This document shows positions 19,442-30,399 of a DNA stretch of 64,000 nt, piece by piece (within the stretch, counting starts at the first letter, position 1; each line of letters starts with the position of its first letter). The DNA lies in the IMG/VR virus record IMGVR_UViG_3300018891_000001, positions 151,871 to 215,870 of that record, one strand, 5' to 3'. The notes under the pieces are model-generated. The model saw only the letters and a list, made by a program, of their open reading frames with translations, had not been told where the DNA came from and ran no database searches. The position numbers were made by a program, and so were the translations under genes.

Positions 19442-21883
19442 TTATAAAGCAAAGAGGTCTAGCTCCTGTTGCCCCTCAATAACTTGCTTCCGCTTTGGTA
19501 CACCCTTATTGTATTCTCTAACGTTTTCTACTTTCTTGATGACAGAATCAAACATGGATAAATAATCGTCAATGGCTTTACGAGTCCGACGAACATCTTC
19601 TTTTGTTGCACGACCGACCTTTGCTTCTTCTTCTACAAAGCGAATCAATCCTTGAGCAATCTTACGTACTGTATCAATACCGCCTTCAATTGGATTCATG
19701 ATATAACCTTCATAATCCTGAAACTCCACAGCTTGCATTTCCTCAAAGGACTGATTTTTGCGGGCAAAGATATCATGTACCGTTTCAATATCTTCAAAGA
19801 CATTATCATTAAGGAGCTGTTTGGCTAATGCATTCATGCCGTCAGAACTATCTGCCATGGCACGCAATCCTTCTTCAGAGAATTTTCCTTGCATAGCCAT
19901 AGCTGCATCAATTTTGCGAGCAATATGTTTGAGAGCTTTCTCTTGAATCGTATCACGATACACATAGGTGTATACTTTTACATCTTTCGTTTGTTTGAGT
20001 CGCCATGAACGACGAGAGGCCTGCATGTAATCATATGTGGAATAATCCAATTGGAAAAAGTGGATATTTGGAAAAGCAAGTAAATCTAATCCAACTTTCA
20101 CCAATCGTGGATTGGTAATAAGAATGTCCCAATCGTGTTTCTCCATCATTCCATGAAGCCATTGTTCCCGTTGTTGAGAATTCTTTGGCATTCGAATCCC
20201 GTCATAGCTTCCACCATTTCGAAGAATTCCTACATTATAACCTCGACGTTTGAATTCTTCATACAAGTAAATATCCACTTGATTCCATGCTTCTTTTCCG
20301 GTGTATTTGACATAAATCAGATTCTTGCGACCATGCTGATAAATTTCATCATCAATAATGCGGATCAATTGTTCTACTTTTCTTGGCACAAAATTTACTG
20401 GATCAAAAGTACGAGGAACTCCAAGAATATGACGATGTCCATCTTTATCATATGTGACAATTTCTTCTACATTAAATGGTGTATCCGCATACTGATACAT
20501 GGCATTGATAAAGGTAGAAATACTATTCATGCCACCTAACCCTTCTGTTGAACGCATGGTTACGGCGACATCATGTGCAATTTGTCGATAAGCATCATGG
20601 TGTTCAGAACTCATATCTACCACTACCGGGATTTCTCGATATGGCGGTAATGCATATCCCATGTCATTTAGTTCTAAGAAGGCACAATTATTCATCAGAT
20701 GCATCGGGAATAAATGTGGTGAAATACCTGGTTTTTGTGAAGTCGTACGACGAATGCGACCATCTCGTGCACGAGTACTTCGCTCATTAATTCCATATCG
20801 ACGATTAAAGAGTGATTCATCTTGATACGTAATGCCTTCCCGAAGAAGTCCTTTTGGATTTAAGCGAGCTAGTAAATAAAAAATATCTCGAGCCATTCCA
20901 CCCATTAATGTCCCCGTTAGCAAAATTTGTTTTTCAGTATGGTTCACTAATTGGCCAAATGCAGTACCTGTTGTAGAATCTCCACTTTTGTACTCATGAA
21001 CTTCATCAGCAATTAGGTATTTAAAGAATCCTCTTGGTAATTTCTTATTGATATACCAAGCTGGAGATACTTTTCGATATCCAGAATCCAGTGGAAGTTT
21101 TTCTGGCTGCCATAATACATATCCGCATTCTTGTTCCTCATCTGCCGGCACCCAACGATTACTATTGTAATCCAACTTCCATTCCTTAATTTCCTCTTTT
21201 GGTAAAAGAGAAGTTGGAACTTTGTTTCGGCAGCGATAATTTTCTTTGGTCATATTCTTTACCCAGTTCTTTGATGACTTGTTGTAAGTTTCAAAGAAAT
21301 GTTCTTCTGCATATTCACCGCCACGTTCGAATAATGGATTCCCACACTTTGGACAATAAAAACTGGTTTCGCCTACCGAATAAAACACATCAGGTCTTCC
21401 GCTCTCATAATTCCAGACTTCGTTTCGAATCATGCGAACACGATACTCAGGATGAACAACTTGATGCATGCCATCTCCTCGTCGAACATGTCGAATTTGT
21501 TCAGGTTCTACGTCCTCTACAGAACGGAATGTAATATCAGATTTATGAACACGCCAATCTTTGATAGGCTCCATCGGATAAGTAAACTTGGACAACTCAG
21601 AGCTCATGATGTAATATTCCCATTTCTCCGGTTTCTTGTATTTTATTTTTCCTTTTGCATCCATGTATTGGTTTTGTTCCTGGATTCGTTTTACGTCTAA
21701 CCAATGTTGAATAATATGTGTTTCTACATTCGGTATTCGTTCTTTAATTTCCCGTGCCCATTTTTCTACCATAATGGAAGGACACAGGACAATAACCCGC
21801 TGTGGTTGAGGATTGGTTTCTACGTTTTGCAGCATTGCTTCTGTGATGTATGGAACTACTTCACCCATTGTGGTTTTACCTGT
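19442..21883 (-). CDS. SF2 (SNF2-like) helicase, exon 2
   Basis: Begins TGKTT after the intron; DEVH, LLTGT, GLDL, QASRRSWR. Confidence 0.85.
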   Translation of the reverse strand, partial: TGKTTMGEVVPYITEAMLQNVETNPQPQRVIVLCPSIMVEKWAREIKERIPNVETHIIQHWLDVKRIQEQNQYMDAKGKIKYKKPEKWEYYIMSSELSKFTYPMEPIKDWRVHKSDITFRSVEDVEPEQIRHVRRGDGMHQVVHPEYRVRMIRNEVWNYESGRPDVFYSVGETSFYCPKCGNPLFERGGEYAEEHFFETYNKSSKNWVKNMTKENYRCRNKVPTSLLPKEEIKEWKLDYNSNRWVPADEEQECGYVLWQPEKLPLDSGYRKVSPAWYINKKLPRGFFKYLIADEVHEYKSGDSTTGTAFGQLVNHTEKQILLTGTLMGGMARDIFYLLARLNPKGLLREGITYQDESLFNRRYGINERSTRARDGRIRRTTSQKPGISPHLFPMHLMNNCAFLELNDMGYALPPYREIPVVVDMSSEHHDAYRQIAHDVAVTMRSTEGLGGMNSISTFINAMYQYADTPFNVEEIVTYDKDGHRHILGVPRTFDPVNFVPRKVEQLIRIIDDEIYQHGRKNLIYVKYTGKEAWNQVDIYLYEEFKRRGYNVGILRNGGSYDGIRMPKNSQQREQWLHGMMEKHDWDILITNPRLVKVGLDLLAFPNIHFFQLDYSTYDYMQASRRSWRLKQTKDVKVYTYVYRDTIQEKALKHIARKIDAAMAMQGKFSEEGLRAMADSSDGMNALAKQLLNDNVFEDIETVHDIFARKNQSFEEMQAVEFQDYEGYIMNPIEGGIDTVRKIAQGLIRFVEEEAKVGRATKEDVRRTRKAIDDYLSMFDSVIKKVENVREYNKGVPKRKQVIEGQQELDLFAL

Positions 21884-22979
21884 CGATACCTTCTAGGTCG
21901 GGAATTTAACCCAACCACTCCCCTTTCGGAGAGGACGAGACTATATCATCACTCAGGCTCGGAGACAGCCTTCATCGTGTCGGGCGCTCGTGTCGGGTTT
22001 ATTGGTCGGCATCCTCACCCGTTAGTCGTTGAACCTTCCTAGCTACTCAAGTGCCATTCGCTAGGCTTGGCTGCTGATTGCCATATCCTTTCGGACTTAG
22101 GTTTCCAGCAATTCACCCGATTTTACATGGGCTACAGGATAATGTTTTCGTTCCAGATAAATCGTTGCATTGTTGTAGAGGAAATTTACAAATTTCGCAT
22201 ACAATCCATTTCCACCGAATCGATAACCAAATGCTCTTCCATTCTCTTTGTATTTTTCTCTTAGTGGCAATCCGTGTTCATGTAGAACTTTGGAATAAGC
22301 ATCTAGGAATTCTTTTGTACCAATCACTTCTATATTCACTTGAGGTCTGGAATTATCTCTCGGATCATAGAAGTAATGAATGCTTCCATCTCCATCGAAA
22401 TATCCTCTCATAAAATGATGCAATAAATGATGTGGCACTTGCTCTTCTGTTGGGAATTGCAAGGTCAATGATTTGGCAGGCGTACAGCCTTTATCAATTA
22501 AATCCTGTACAATTTCCATCGATACGAGTTGTAATCGATAGCATAGATGACCATTCACGTTTCTTGGTTTGATGTCCATTTCAGGAGAGATAAAATCTCG
22601 AAATCGCTCAAGATGATTAACATCTTTTTCAGATAAGCTTAGTTCCAATGTTCCCCGTGGTTCATAAACTGAGCCATCGGCATATAAGAAGCCTAACCAA
22701 TATGCTTTTTCCTCGGTATCGATTACTTTAAACGCATCGGTGTTGTGATTGTATTTACTTCTTCCTGTTGTCATCCCTCTGGATTTTATCTGTATCCCAT
22801 CTGCTTTTAACATTTGGGATAATTTCTTGCGGTCAAAACCTGTGAGCTCTGAAATCTTTCTCAACGATTTACCTTCCAAAAACATTTGCTTTGCCATTTC
22901 ATACATGTTATCACTCCCATAGGTATATTTCCTATACCCATAATAACATGCTATGAAATGCATTACGACCTGTTTGTTA
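21884..22979 (-). ncRNA. Group I intron (1096 nt) in the helicase Walker A motif
   Basis: 5' exon ends in U, intron ends in G; P GAATTGCTGGAAAC, Q AATCAGCAG, R TTCAACGACTA, S ATGATATAGTC; IGS GCCCAU and P10 CCUGU. Confidence 0.92.
22097..22906 (-). CDS. Intron-encoded LAGLIDADG homing endonuclease with N-terminal HTH
   Basis: YWLGFLYADGS and FMRGYFDGDGS; GGGAG SD before ATG 22906. Confidence 0.9.
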   Translation of the reverse strand: MYEMAKQMFLEGKSLRKISELTGFDRKKLSQMLKADGIQIKSRGMTTGRSKYNHNTDAFKVIDTEEKAYWLGFLYADGSVYEPRGTLELSLSEKDVNHLERFRDFISPEMDIKPRNVNGHLCYRLQLVSMEIVQDLIDKGCTPAKSLTLQFPTEEQVPHHLLHHFMRGYFDGDGSIHYFYDPRDNSRPQVNIEVIGTKEFLDAYSKVLHEHGLPLREKYKENGRAFGYRFGGNGLYAKFVNFLYNNATIYLERKHYPVAHVKSGELLET

Positions 22980-23993
22980 ACCCATTTCTCCAACGATAAA
23001 ACAAAAATCATCTTCCACCAATGTTTTAGAAACACCCATAACAGTATTGGCTTGCGGTGGATATAGACCTGTAATTCCTTGCTGATTGGCACATAAATTC
23101 ACATCACGAAAAGCGGGATGATGTCGTTCTTTCTCCGGATCAAAACGAACAGCAATATTCTCTTGGATACGTTTTCCTAGCTCTGGTGCAAAGTGAGTTA
23201 AATAATCATCAATCGTCTGACAATGAGGTAATATGGATTGACTTTCATCTCGGCCATCTTCTTCAATTGCAAAGTTTAACTCATATCCTTGAACTCCTTC
23301 TGAGATAATGTTTTCTAGCTGTTCTTCTGTAATCATAAGAAGTCCTGCTTCTAGAGAATAATTGGAACCAAAACACTTCACGGTAAGAGGTGTATAATAA
23401 CCTTCCTCTTCTAGTCGTTCGACAATATAATCAGTCCATTCCTCTAGCATTGGTGTATTATATCGGTCATTCAGAACATGAAACACTTGTTTTTTGTAAT
23501 TACCATCCCATGCCAAAATGAGTTCAGCTAAATGGCTTGGAATAGATTCTGGATCTAGACCTTGATTGATTCGTTCTCTTTGTTCTGCTAACCATTGATT
23601 ACGTGCTTTTAAATCTGGTTTTGCATTTTTGGCCACCATCAAAATATGAGTTAAATCATCAACTTTTAATACCTCTTCATCATACGGCTTTTTAGACGTA
23701 GGAATAGCAAAAACACTATGACGAATAAATCCTGTTTCGTATCGATTTCCTTCAGCACGATAAATTTGTCCCGTTTTTCCATCTTGCATAAGCCATGCGG
23801 CTTGCTTTACTTTGGAATCCACACCAATCAAATTGGCTAAATAGATGACATTATCGCTATCTGTCACAAGTAGATCACAATAGGCTATGCCGCTTGAAGA
23901 ATGACGGTTATACATTTCTAATGTATATATTTCCGGCATATAAAGGCGTGGCATTTCTTTCACCTCTTTGTTTGTATTTTTTAGGCTTCCCAT
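22980..23993 (-). CDS. SF2 helicase, exon 1 (ends FIVGEMG)
   Basis: LYPPQ Q-motif-like sequence; joins TGKT in frame after splicing. Confidence 0.85.
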
Positions 23994-24165
23994 ATTTTGA
24001 TTTCATTTCTTATCCATCGTTTTTCAATATTTCGTTGATGTTTATTACGGCGACGCTTATCTTTCCCTTTTACTCGTGGTGTTGGGTATTGCCCATCTTT
24101 TGTCCAATCCCAGTTACCATATGTTTTATTGGTTTCAATTTTAATTTGACGGTACATGTAATCAC

Positions 24166-25551
24166 CTACATGATTTTTCGGAATTGTCCTTTGGCATCTA
24201 AGATTTTTACGCCAATATTGTAAAATTCTCGTTCTACAACTTTGGTTAAGCCATCATCATCGGTTTCTGTAAATTCACGAACATCTTTAATGGCACTTCC
24301 TTTTACAAGATGCTGATCGGGTCCAGTGCCAATATATCCATTCAAAAATCCGGATGTGAGTAATAACATGATATGTCCTTTATGAAGTGGAGATGGTGTC
24401 ACAGGATTATAGTTATTAAAAACTTGAGAATTCTTCTCTTGATATACTTGCAATAACTTGGATTTTTGAAGGGATAATAAAGCTTCGCTTCCCGTAACCG
24501 GACCTACTCGGAATGATTGAATTTCATCTGGATGACAAGCCGGAACCTCATAAATAGGCTCCAATTGTGGTTCAATTACTCCATACATAGCATCCACTTT
24601 AGCTCGGAAGACTTGCTTTTCATATTGTTCATGTCCTTCAGGAACTGTAATTTCACGAATCTTTCCAAAAGACTTATAAGGTCGTTCTTTGGTTCGAGCA
24701 ATGGCCTTTCCTAATTCATAATGTTCTCGAGTCGCTTTCTTTCGTTTTTTGGCTAAGATAATGCATTTTCGATATTCAAGATATTCATCATCATCCAAAC
24801 GGAGGATTCTAATATCTTCGTACTGATTCACCAATTTAAAAGCAATCGTATCGTCAATAAATTCTTTTGGAGTAATCATGATTAAAATACCACCTGGGCG
24901 CAGGTATGTAGTTGCTCGTTGCAGCAGAAACGCATCCCATCGCATGCTAGACATTTTCTTTTGTTGCTCTTTCATGGCCATGCGCCATGCTTTCACACGT
25001 TTTTCTAATTCGGCACGAATTTTTCTTTCAATCCGCTCTTGACGCTGCTCTTCTGTTTCTTGGTCTTTCCGTTCGGTGTTATCTTCATTTAGTGCGCCAA
25101 AATCAATTTGCTTAGAAATTTGAGCTTGCAGTCGCTTCTTTTCTTCTTCTTGACGCAAGACTTGTTCTCGAATTTCTTTTTCAAAATTTGGCATATTATA
25201 TGGATCAATCTGCTCAAACACTTCATGAATCAATCGATCATCAACATAAGGATGAACCACCATAAGAGAGAAAACATCATTGGTGATCTTAGCTTCAGAG
25301 CGATAATCGGATTGGGAAACACGATAATAGGAATAAGTGTTTCTCATAGAATCACAATCCGCTGGTAATTCATCTACTCCATATAAAAAACGTTGGTCAT
25401 GTTTTGAAGTTAACTGATGAAGAAAAGACCCATTGAAAGCTCTCCAGTCCATAGCAGTAATAGGTTGACCTTCCGGAAATTTTAAATACATTTGCAGCAA
25501 TTTGGTTGTATATTGACTAAGCGGATGATTAATTTTCCATGGTTGTGACAT
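24166..25551 (-). CDS. Degenerate class I methyltransferase-like (DUF6094-type) protein paired with the helicase
   Basis: LYGVD, VHPY in place of NPPY, LRPGGILIMITP, PLHKGH..LLLTSG.LNG...HLVKG. Confidence 0.6.
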   Translation of the reverse strand: MSQPWKINHPLSQYTTKLLQMYLKFPEGQPITAMDWRAFNGSFLHQLTSKHDQRFLYGVDELPADCDSMRNTYSYYRVSQSDYRSEAKITNDVFSLMVVHPYVDDRLIHEVFEQIDPYNMPNFEKEIREQVLRQEEEKKRLQAQISKQIDFGALNEDNTERKDQETEEQRQERIERKIRAELEKRVKAWRMAMKEQQKKMSSMRWDAFLLQRATTYLRPGGILIMITPKEFIDDTIAFKLVNQYEDIRILRLDDDEYLEYRKCIILAKKRKKATREHYELGKAIARTKERPYKSFGKIREITVPEGHEQYEKQVFRAKVDAMYGVIEPQLEPIYEVPACHPDEIQSFRVGPVTGSEALLSLQKSKLLQVYQEKNSQVFNNYNPVTPSPLHKGHIMLLLTSGFLNGYIGTGPDQHLVKGSAIKDVREFTETDDDGLTKVVEREFYNIGVKILDAKGQFRKIM

Positions 25552-25566
25552 ATTCTCATCTCCTTT

Positions 25567-25995
25567 TTAATGATGATAATCAACACATGTATACAAGTCT
25601 TCATAAACTTGATCAATGACTTCCATTGGTACACCTGCATTCAGTAAACCTGTCACATTTTTTAAAGTCGGACCATGATATGTTTTTACATCTTTCCAAG
25701 AATCTGTACCATCAAGGGTTTCGATGGCTTCGCATTCAGTCACTATAAATGGACAGGGCGAACTTAATGTATATACCATAGATTCATCTGCATTTACTCC
25801 CTTGTATTCAAATCGAATCAAAGCTCGATACCATTGACCCTCTACTTGAATACGTTTGTTTAGCATATAGAATTTCTGATTAGAACGACTATCCGTGTAC
25901 CATCCTTTTCGTTTTAAGAAATGAAAGGTTCGATTGCTAATATTATTGGTTTCAATGGAAATACGATTACAGAGGTAAAGACGAATTAATTCCAT
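25567..25995 (-). CDS. Hypothetical protein
   Basis: GGAG SD; first gene after the promoter. Confidence 0.6.
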   Translation of the reverse strand: MELIRLYLCNRISIETNNISNRTFHFLKRKGWYTDSRSNQKFYMLNKRIQVEGQWYRALIRFEYKGVNADESMVYTLSSPCPFIVTECEAIETLDGTDSWKDVKTYHGPTLKNVTGLLNAGVPMEVIDQVYEDLYTCVDYHH

Positions 25996-26010
25996 GATCT
26001 TCTCTCCTTA

Positions 26011-26055
26011 TTGTAATGCATTACAAATTATATCATAAAAGTTAGGGAAAAGCAA
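26011..26055 (-). promoter_or_regulatory. sigma-A promoter with a perfect palindromic operator at +1
   Basis: TTGCTT-N17-TATAAT (TG-extended), then TTGTAATGCATTACAA. Confidence 0.75.
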
Positions 26056-26073
26056 AAAAGTTGAGGAAAATCC

Positions 26074-26616
26074 TCAACTTTTCATTCCCTTGATTCGCAT
26101 TTGAATATCTTCTCGCAATGCTTGCTGTGACTCATATCCAATCGGGTTAATGCCCAAGTCATAGTATATAACATCTAACACGATTTCAATTAACTGAGAC
26201 TTGGTAATGGCACAGCCTCCATTAAACTGATTGTTCGAGGAAAAGGTTCGCAACCACTCGAAGAGTTCCTTGTTGTAGCAATTAAAATTGGTCGCAACAG
26301 GTTTCACTCCATATGATGTCACGGACACATCATCACGAGCGATTTGAAGGACTCCTGTTGGCAAGGAAGAATCCTTTTGAACTGCTACCATTGTATGTCG
26401 CACTTCTTTAACGGATTTTGCAACAGGTGTTTTTGGTTTTTCTGCCGTCATAACAGGTTCCACTGGTACATCTTCTACTATCATTTCCTCTTTTCTTGGC
26501 TCCTCTTCGATTTCTGGAATCGAAAATTTGACTTTCGCACTTGGTTGCACAAATGGTGCTGAAGATGGACCTGAATTAGCATGAACTTGCTTCATCAACG
26601 CTTTAATTTTGTTCAT
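26074..26616 (-). CDS. Hypothetical protein, possible C-terminal RHH-like DNA-binding domain
   Basis: Disordered N-terminus; ITKSQLIEIVLD. Confidence 0.45.
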   Translation of the reverse strand: MNKIKALMKQVHANSGPSSAPFVQPSAKVKFSIPEIEEEPRKEEMIVEDVPVEPVMTAEKPKTPVAKSVKEVRHTMVAVQKDSSLPTGVLQIARDDVSVTSYGVKPVATNFNCYNKELFEWLRTFSSNNQFNGGCAITKSQLIEIVLDVIYYDLGINPIGYESQQALREDIQMRIKGMKS

Positions 26617-26708
26617 AATGGTACCCCCTGCACATATTTCCATAGGTTTAGTATATCGCAGGAAATAATGAGGGGGCAATTATTTATTATTTATTTTTTA
26701 TGTTTTTA

Positions 26709-27476
26709 TTAACGTGGTGCAGGAGCACCAGGAACAGGAATGTTCACGGAACCATTTTGTTGCACTTGTTGTTGATACGCACTTTGGCCTCCTACAGCTT
26801 GTAATGCATTTAGAAGCTTTTCTAATTCATCTACAGAAAGCTCATGAAGATGATTGAAATGTTTTACCGTTTGTGAAATCACTTGTGATAAATATTGCGG
26901 ATTATGGCCTTGAGCCATGAGTTGCCCATACATAGCGTTAATTTGATTTTCAAGACGAACTCGGTCTTGTTGTACTTGTTGCATATGTTGCACCTTCTTC
27001 ATTTCTTCCTGAGAAGCCGATCCGGAATGATATCCCATGTTGTCTAATGCACGACCTACTGCCGATTCTTCTGCATTCTCGACCCAAGCATTTTTATCGG
27101 CTCCTTTACCGCCGGCCATCGATAACGAATAACCTGCTCCATCGGCTTTGGCTAAGACCGCTAAAGAAGCCAACGCAAGACCTGCATTTTGTGGAGTCAC
27201 TGTATTAGCAATATTCGCAATCTTTTCATGAATACTTGAGTCTAATTCATCAAATGTCTTTTTGTCTTTCCAAATCAATGCTCCCATTACAATATAATTG
27301 GCAGCATAGTTCAAATCAGACATAGGAAACGGTAAAATATGTGCATTTGGATGATCATTACGAAGACGCACTTTTCGAGATTTCACTGTTTCGTAGTTGT
27401 TTAAATCAAAGTTATTATAGTTTCCGTTATTGTAATTCCCTTTATTGTAAGACATAACTAATCGTTCCTTTCCCAT
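26709..27476 (-). CDS. Putative Rad52-like single-strand annealing protein
   Basis: ENAEESAVGRAL..MG...SAS.EEM motif; recombination context. Confidence 0.55.
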   Translation of the reverse strand: MGKERLVMSYNKGNYNNGNYNNFDLNNYETVKSRKVRLRNDHPNAHILPFPMSDLNYAANYIVMGALIWKDKKTFDELDSSIHEKIANIANTVTPQNAGLALASLAVLAKADGAGYSLSMAGGKGADKNAWVENAEESAVGRALDNMGYHSGSASQEEMKKVQHMQQVQQDRVRLENQINAMYGQLMAQGHNPQYLSQVISQTVKHFNHLHELSVDELEKLLNALQAVGGQSAYQQQVQQNGSVNIPVPGAPAPR

Positions 27477-27493
27477 TATATTGAGATTATTTT

Positions 27494-27688
27494 TTAAGTC
27501 AAAATCAATTTGTCACCTGAAATCCCTTTTTGGTGGCAAGATGGACAACAAAACCAATACTCATCCAATTTCTTGATTTCATGAGCTTCTTCAATCGTAA
27601 TAGAGCTATTACCATACTGGTAAGAAGTTTCCTTATTCCAGTTTTCAGAATCCGAAGTGTGTAAACATCGTGGACATTGAATGAGCAT
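27494..27688 (-). CDS. Small zinc-ribbon protein
   Basis: CPRC...CPSC. Confidence 0.55.
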   Translation of the reverse strand: MLIQCPRCLHTSDSENWNKETSYQYGNSSITIEEAHEIKKLDEYWFCCPSCHQKGISGDKLILT

Positions 27689-27858
27689 TCTTGATCACCT
27701 CTTATATATCTTGGGTATATCGTTCATGAATGTTAATAGAGATTCCATGGCGTTCTTCTAATTCGTTCAGAATTTCTTCTAAACGATCAATGGCTTCTTG
27801 TTCTTGGATTTTAGATGAATCAAACTCCATATACGCATGAAGATGTAGTACCGCTTCT

Positions 27859-29232
27859 TTAGACATGAGTATCCCCCTTTTGTTTGTAATAGGCTACTTT
27901 ATCTCTTAGAGATTCGTAAGACATTACAAAAAGCTCTGCATATTGTCTTGTTAAGATATCCAGTTGAATCGGATCTTGTTCTTCAGCCAATAATTTAACG
28001 ACTCTTTCTATGCGATCTCCTTGAATTTCTCCAATACGGGCATAATGATATAGGATTTCATCTTGCTGTTCTCGGTAAACTTTTTCTACTCGCCATTGAG
28101 TTAATGTGCGAGTTCTCTTTTGAATGCATTTGGAAAGAGCATCGTCTAATAAGCCATATGTGCGACAAAGTGTGTCTGGATCATGTCCATCAGGAAGCGG
28201 GCATACTTGAACAGATAATCCATGTTTCATTAAAATTAGGGCATCTTTTTCCATAGCCCGTAATCCAGCATCATCTCCATCTCTCATAAGTAATACATGC
28301 ATAGCTCCAGCTCGTTTTAAAAGTTGCACATGCTGTTCACTTAAATTGATTCCCATGGTAGAAACGGCATTACGAATACCATGTCGATGAAGCTGAATAA
28401 CATCGGTAAAGCCTTCAACAAGAGTAGCTCTTTTCCATTGAGAAATGTAGCTTTTGGCTTGGTAGATACCATACAAATAATAATTTCGATCGAACTCGGG
28501 ATAGGGATGATTTCGAAGATATTCTTTATTGACGTATTTTTCTGTTAATGGCCATCGATGATCATACTTAGGAGTGATTCGTTTTCCTTCTGCTTTTTGT
28601 TTTTCATTTAACTCCGCTAAGGCAGTAGCACCAAACGGCACACGTCCCGTAAATGAAATAATATCTCCATAATAGTCATGAATCGGAAACGTGATTTTCC
28701 CTTTGGTATTTAAAAATTCTTGGTCTTCTCCATCACCGAAACCTAATCCCCAAATGTGAATGTCTAAATCTTCAATGCCACGGTTTCGAAGATACTTATA
28801 GGCATCCGGGTGTTGAAGCAAATTCTGTTGAAATCGTTGTTGAGCACGAAGACATTTTTCTACCCACCATTGATGTTGATTTAAACGATATTGCTGCTGT
28901 GGGTCAAGAGCGGGAAGGGGTACATTGAGATATTTGGCCAACCATTCGATAGCTTGACCTAAATTGCAGTTAAAATACCCTTTAATAAAGCCGTACACAT
29001 CCGAAGATGTAGCACGGCTATGGGTTGCACTTCCCGCACCACACCCATTACATGACCACGTATTGGTTTCAGGTTTAATCATCAAACTAGGCCGATCATC
29101 ATCATGAAATGGACAATGAGCGACATAGTTAATGCCAGATGATTTTACCCCACCAATAATGGTATTGATGACTTCATGTACAGGTGCAATCGATTTAAGA
29201 TACTCCTTAAAGTCATCTGGGTACTTTGGCAC
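27859..29232 (-). CDS. dnaG: DNA primase
   Basis: CPFHDD.RPS..C.GCG Zn finger; VEGFTDV; DGDDAG; DPD; AAGGAGG SD before GTG 29232. Confidence 0.93.
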   Translation of the reverse strand: MPKYPDDFKEYLKSIAPVHEVINTIIGGVKSSGINYVAHCPFHDDDRPSLMIKPETNTWSCNGCGAGSATHSRATSSDVYGFIKGYFNCNLGQAIEWLAKYLNVPLPALDPQQQYRLNQHQWWVEKCLRAQQRFQQNLLQHPDAYKYLRNRGIEDLDIHIWGLGFGDGEDQEFLNTKGKITFPIHDYYGDIISFTGRVPFGATALAELNEKQKAEGKRITPKYDHRWPLTEKYVNKEYLRNHPYPEFDRNYYLYGIYQAKSYISQWKRATLVEGFTDVIQLHRHGIRNAVSTMGINLSEQHVQLLKRAGAMHVLLMRDGDDAGLRAMEKDALILMKHGLSVQVCPLPDGHDPDTLCRTYGLLDDALSKCIQKRTRTLTQWRVEKVYREQQDEILYHYARIGEIQGDRIERVVKLLAEEQDPIQLDILTRQYAELFVMSYESLRDKVAYYKQKGDTHV

Positions 29233-29314
29233 GGTGTTCTCCTCCTTATATTCAGTTTTCCCCAAATGCCCCGGAGGGGCCATCAAAGCATTCGTGTAAT
29301 AAAAATCTTTGTGC

Positions 29315-30300
29315 TTACTTTTCTAAATGCAATACATATTTCACTAAGTCGCTAATCTCTTTTGAAACCTTTTCACGAAATTCTGTTCGACCCAATGCTA
29401 ATGCATGGTTAGGACGATTAATATAATCATCAATGGTATCAATAATCAATTGATGCATAAACCGAATTCGATTCGGATCCAACTCATATTGTTTGACGGT
29501 TTGATTTAGTTGCATACGAGTTTCATCCAATTCTTGCTCCAAACGCTGAACCTTTTGTTGCATGCGATTTCGATCATCAATTAAATGTTGAATTAATTCT
29601 TTATTCTGTACAGTGGATAATTGTTCAGATAAATCTTTAAGATATACAACTGTTTGATGAATGGTTTCATTCATAACAGATAAAATTTCTCGATCTTCAT
29701 GTCGCAGCAATTCTTGAGCATCATGAACTTGGTTAGCCTGTTGCAAGAAACGTTCAATTTTTTCATCTAATGTTAGTTCTTTAACTTGAATTGGTTCTTC
29801 AATTTTGTTTTTTGTTAATGAAAATCCTGCATCTATAGAATGAATCTCTTTAGAAGAAATATCTTCGTTCTTATTCTCCTCTCTTGTTTCTATTTCTTCT
29901 GCCACCGTCTGATTTCCTTTTTCCTCTTTTTTGTCTTTCTTGATATGTTTTTCCAAAAACTCACGAAATCTTTCTGCACTTTCTGGTGTAAATGTATCAT
30001 GAAGTTCAATTTTTGGTTTTTCTTTCTTTTCTTTTATGTTTTCTGTTATATGTTCGTGCGCCTGATGTGGAAGACGATAAATTTTCCGTTTATATCTTCC
30101 TCGCTTTGGAGACAGTGAAAGATATCCTTCTTCGACTAATTTATTAAGATGATAATCCATTGTTGGTGCTTGTACGCCAAATTGATCTGCTAAATCTGAA
30201 GAAGAAATCTCTACTTCTCTTTCTGGGCTTTGTTCAATCATTTTGACAATTTCTCTATAAATTTGTTCTCGATTTACCTTTCGAAATGGCATGGCCACCA
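29315..30300 (-). CDS. Winged-helix plus coiled-coil protein
   Basis: SSDLADQFGVQAPTMDYHLNKLVEEGYL. Confidence 0.65.
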
Positions 30301-30399
30301 TGTAATATGCATCTCCTTTTTTCATTAGCTTCTCACATCTATAATACCATAATATCCAAGAAAAAAATAAAAAATGCAAGAAACTTAATGAATTTTTAT

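Noticed and set aside
22907-23092. N-terminal 62 aa of the 331-aa endonuclease ORF
   Set aside because: Overlaps exon 1 and the regulatory hairpin; the SD supports ATG 22906
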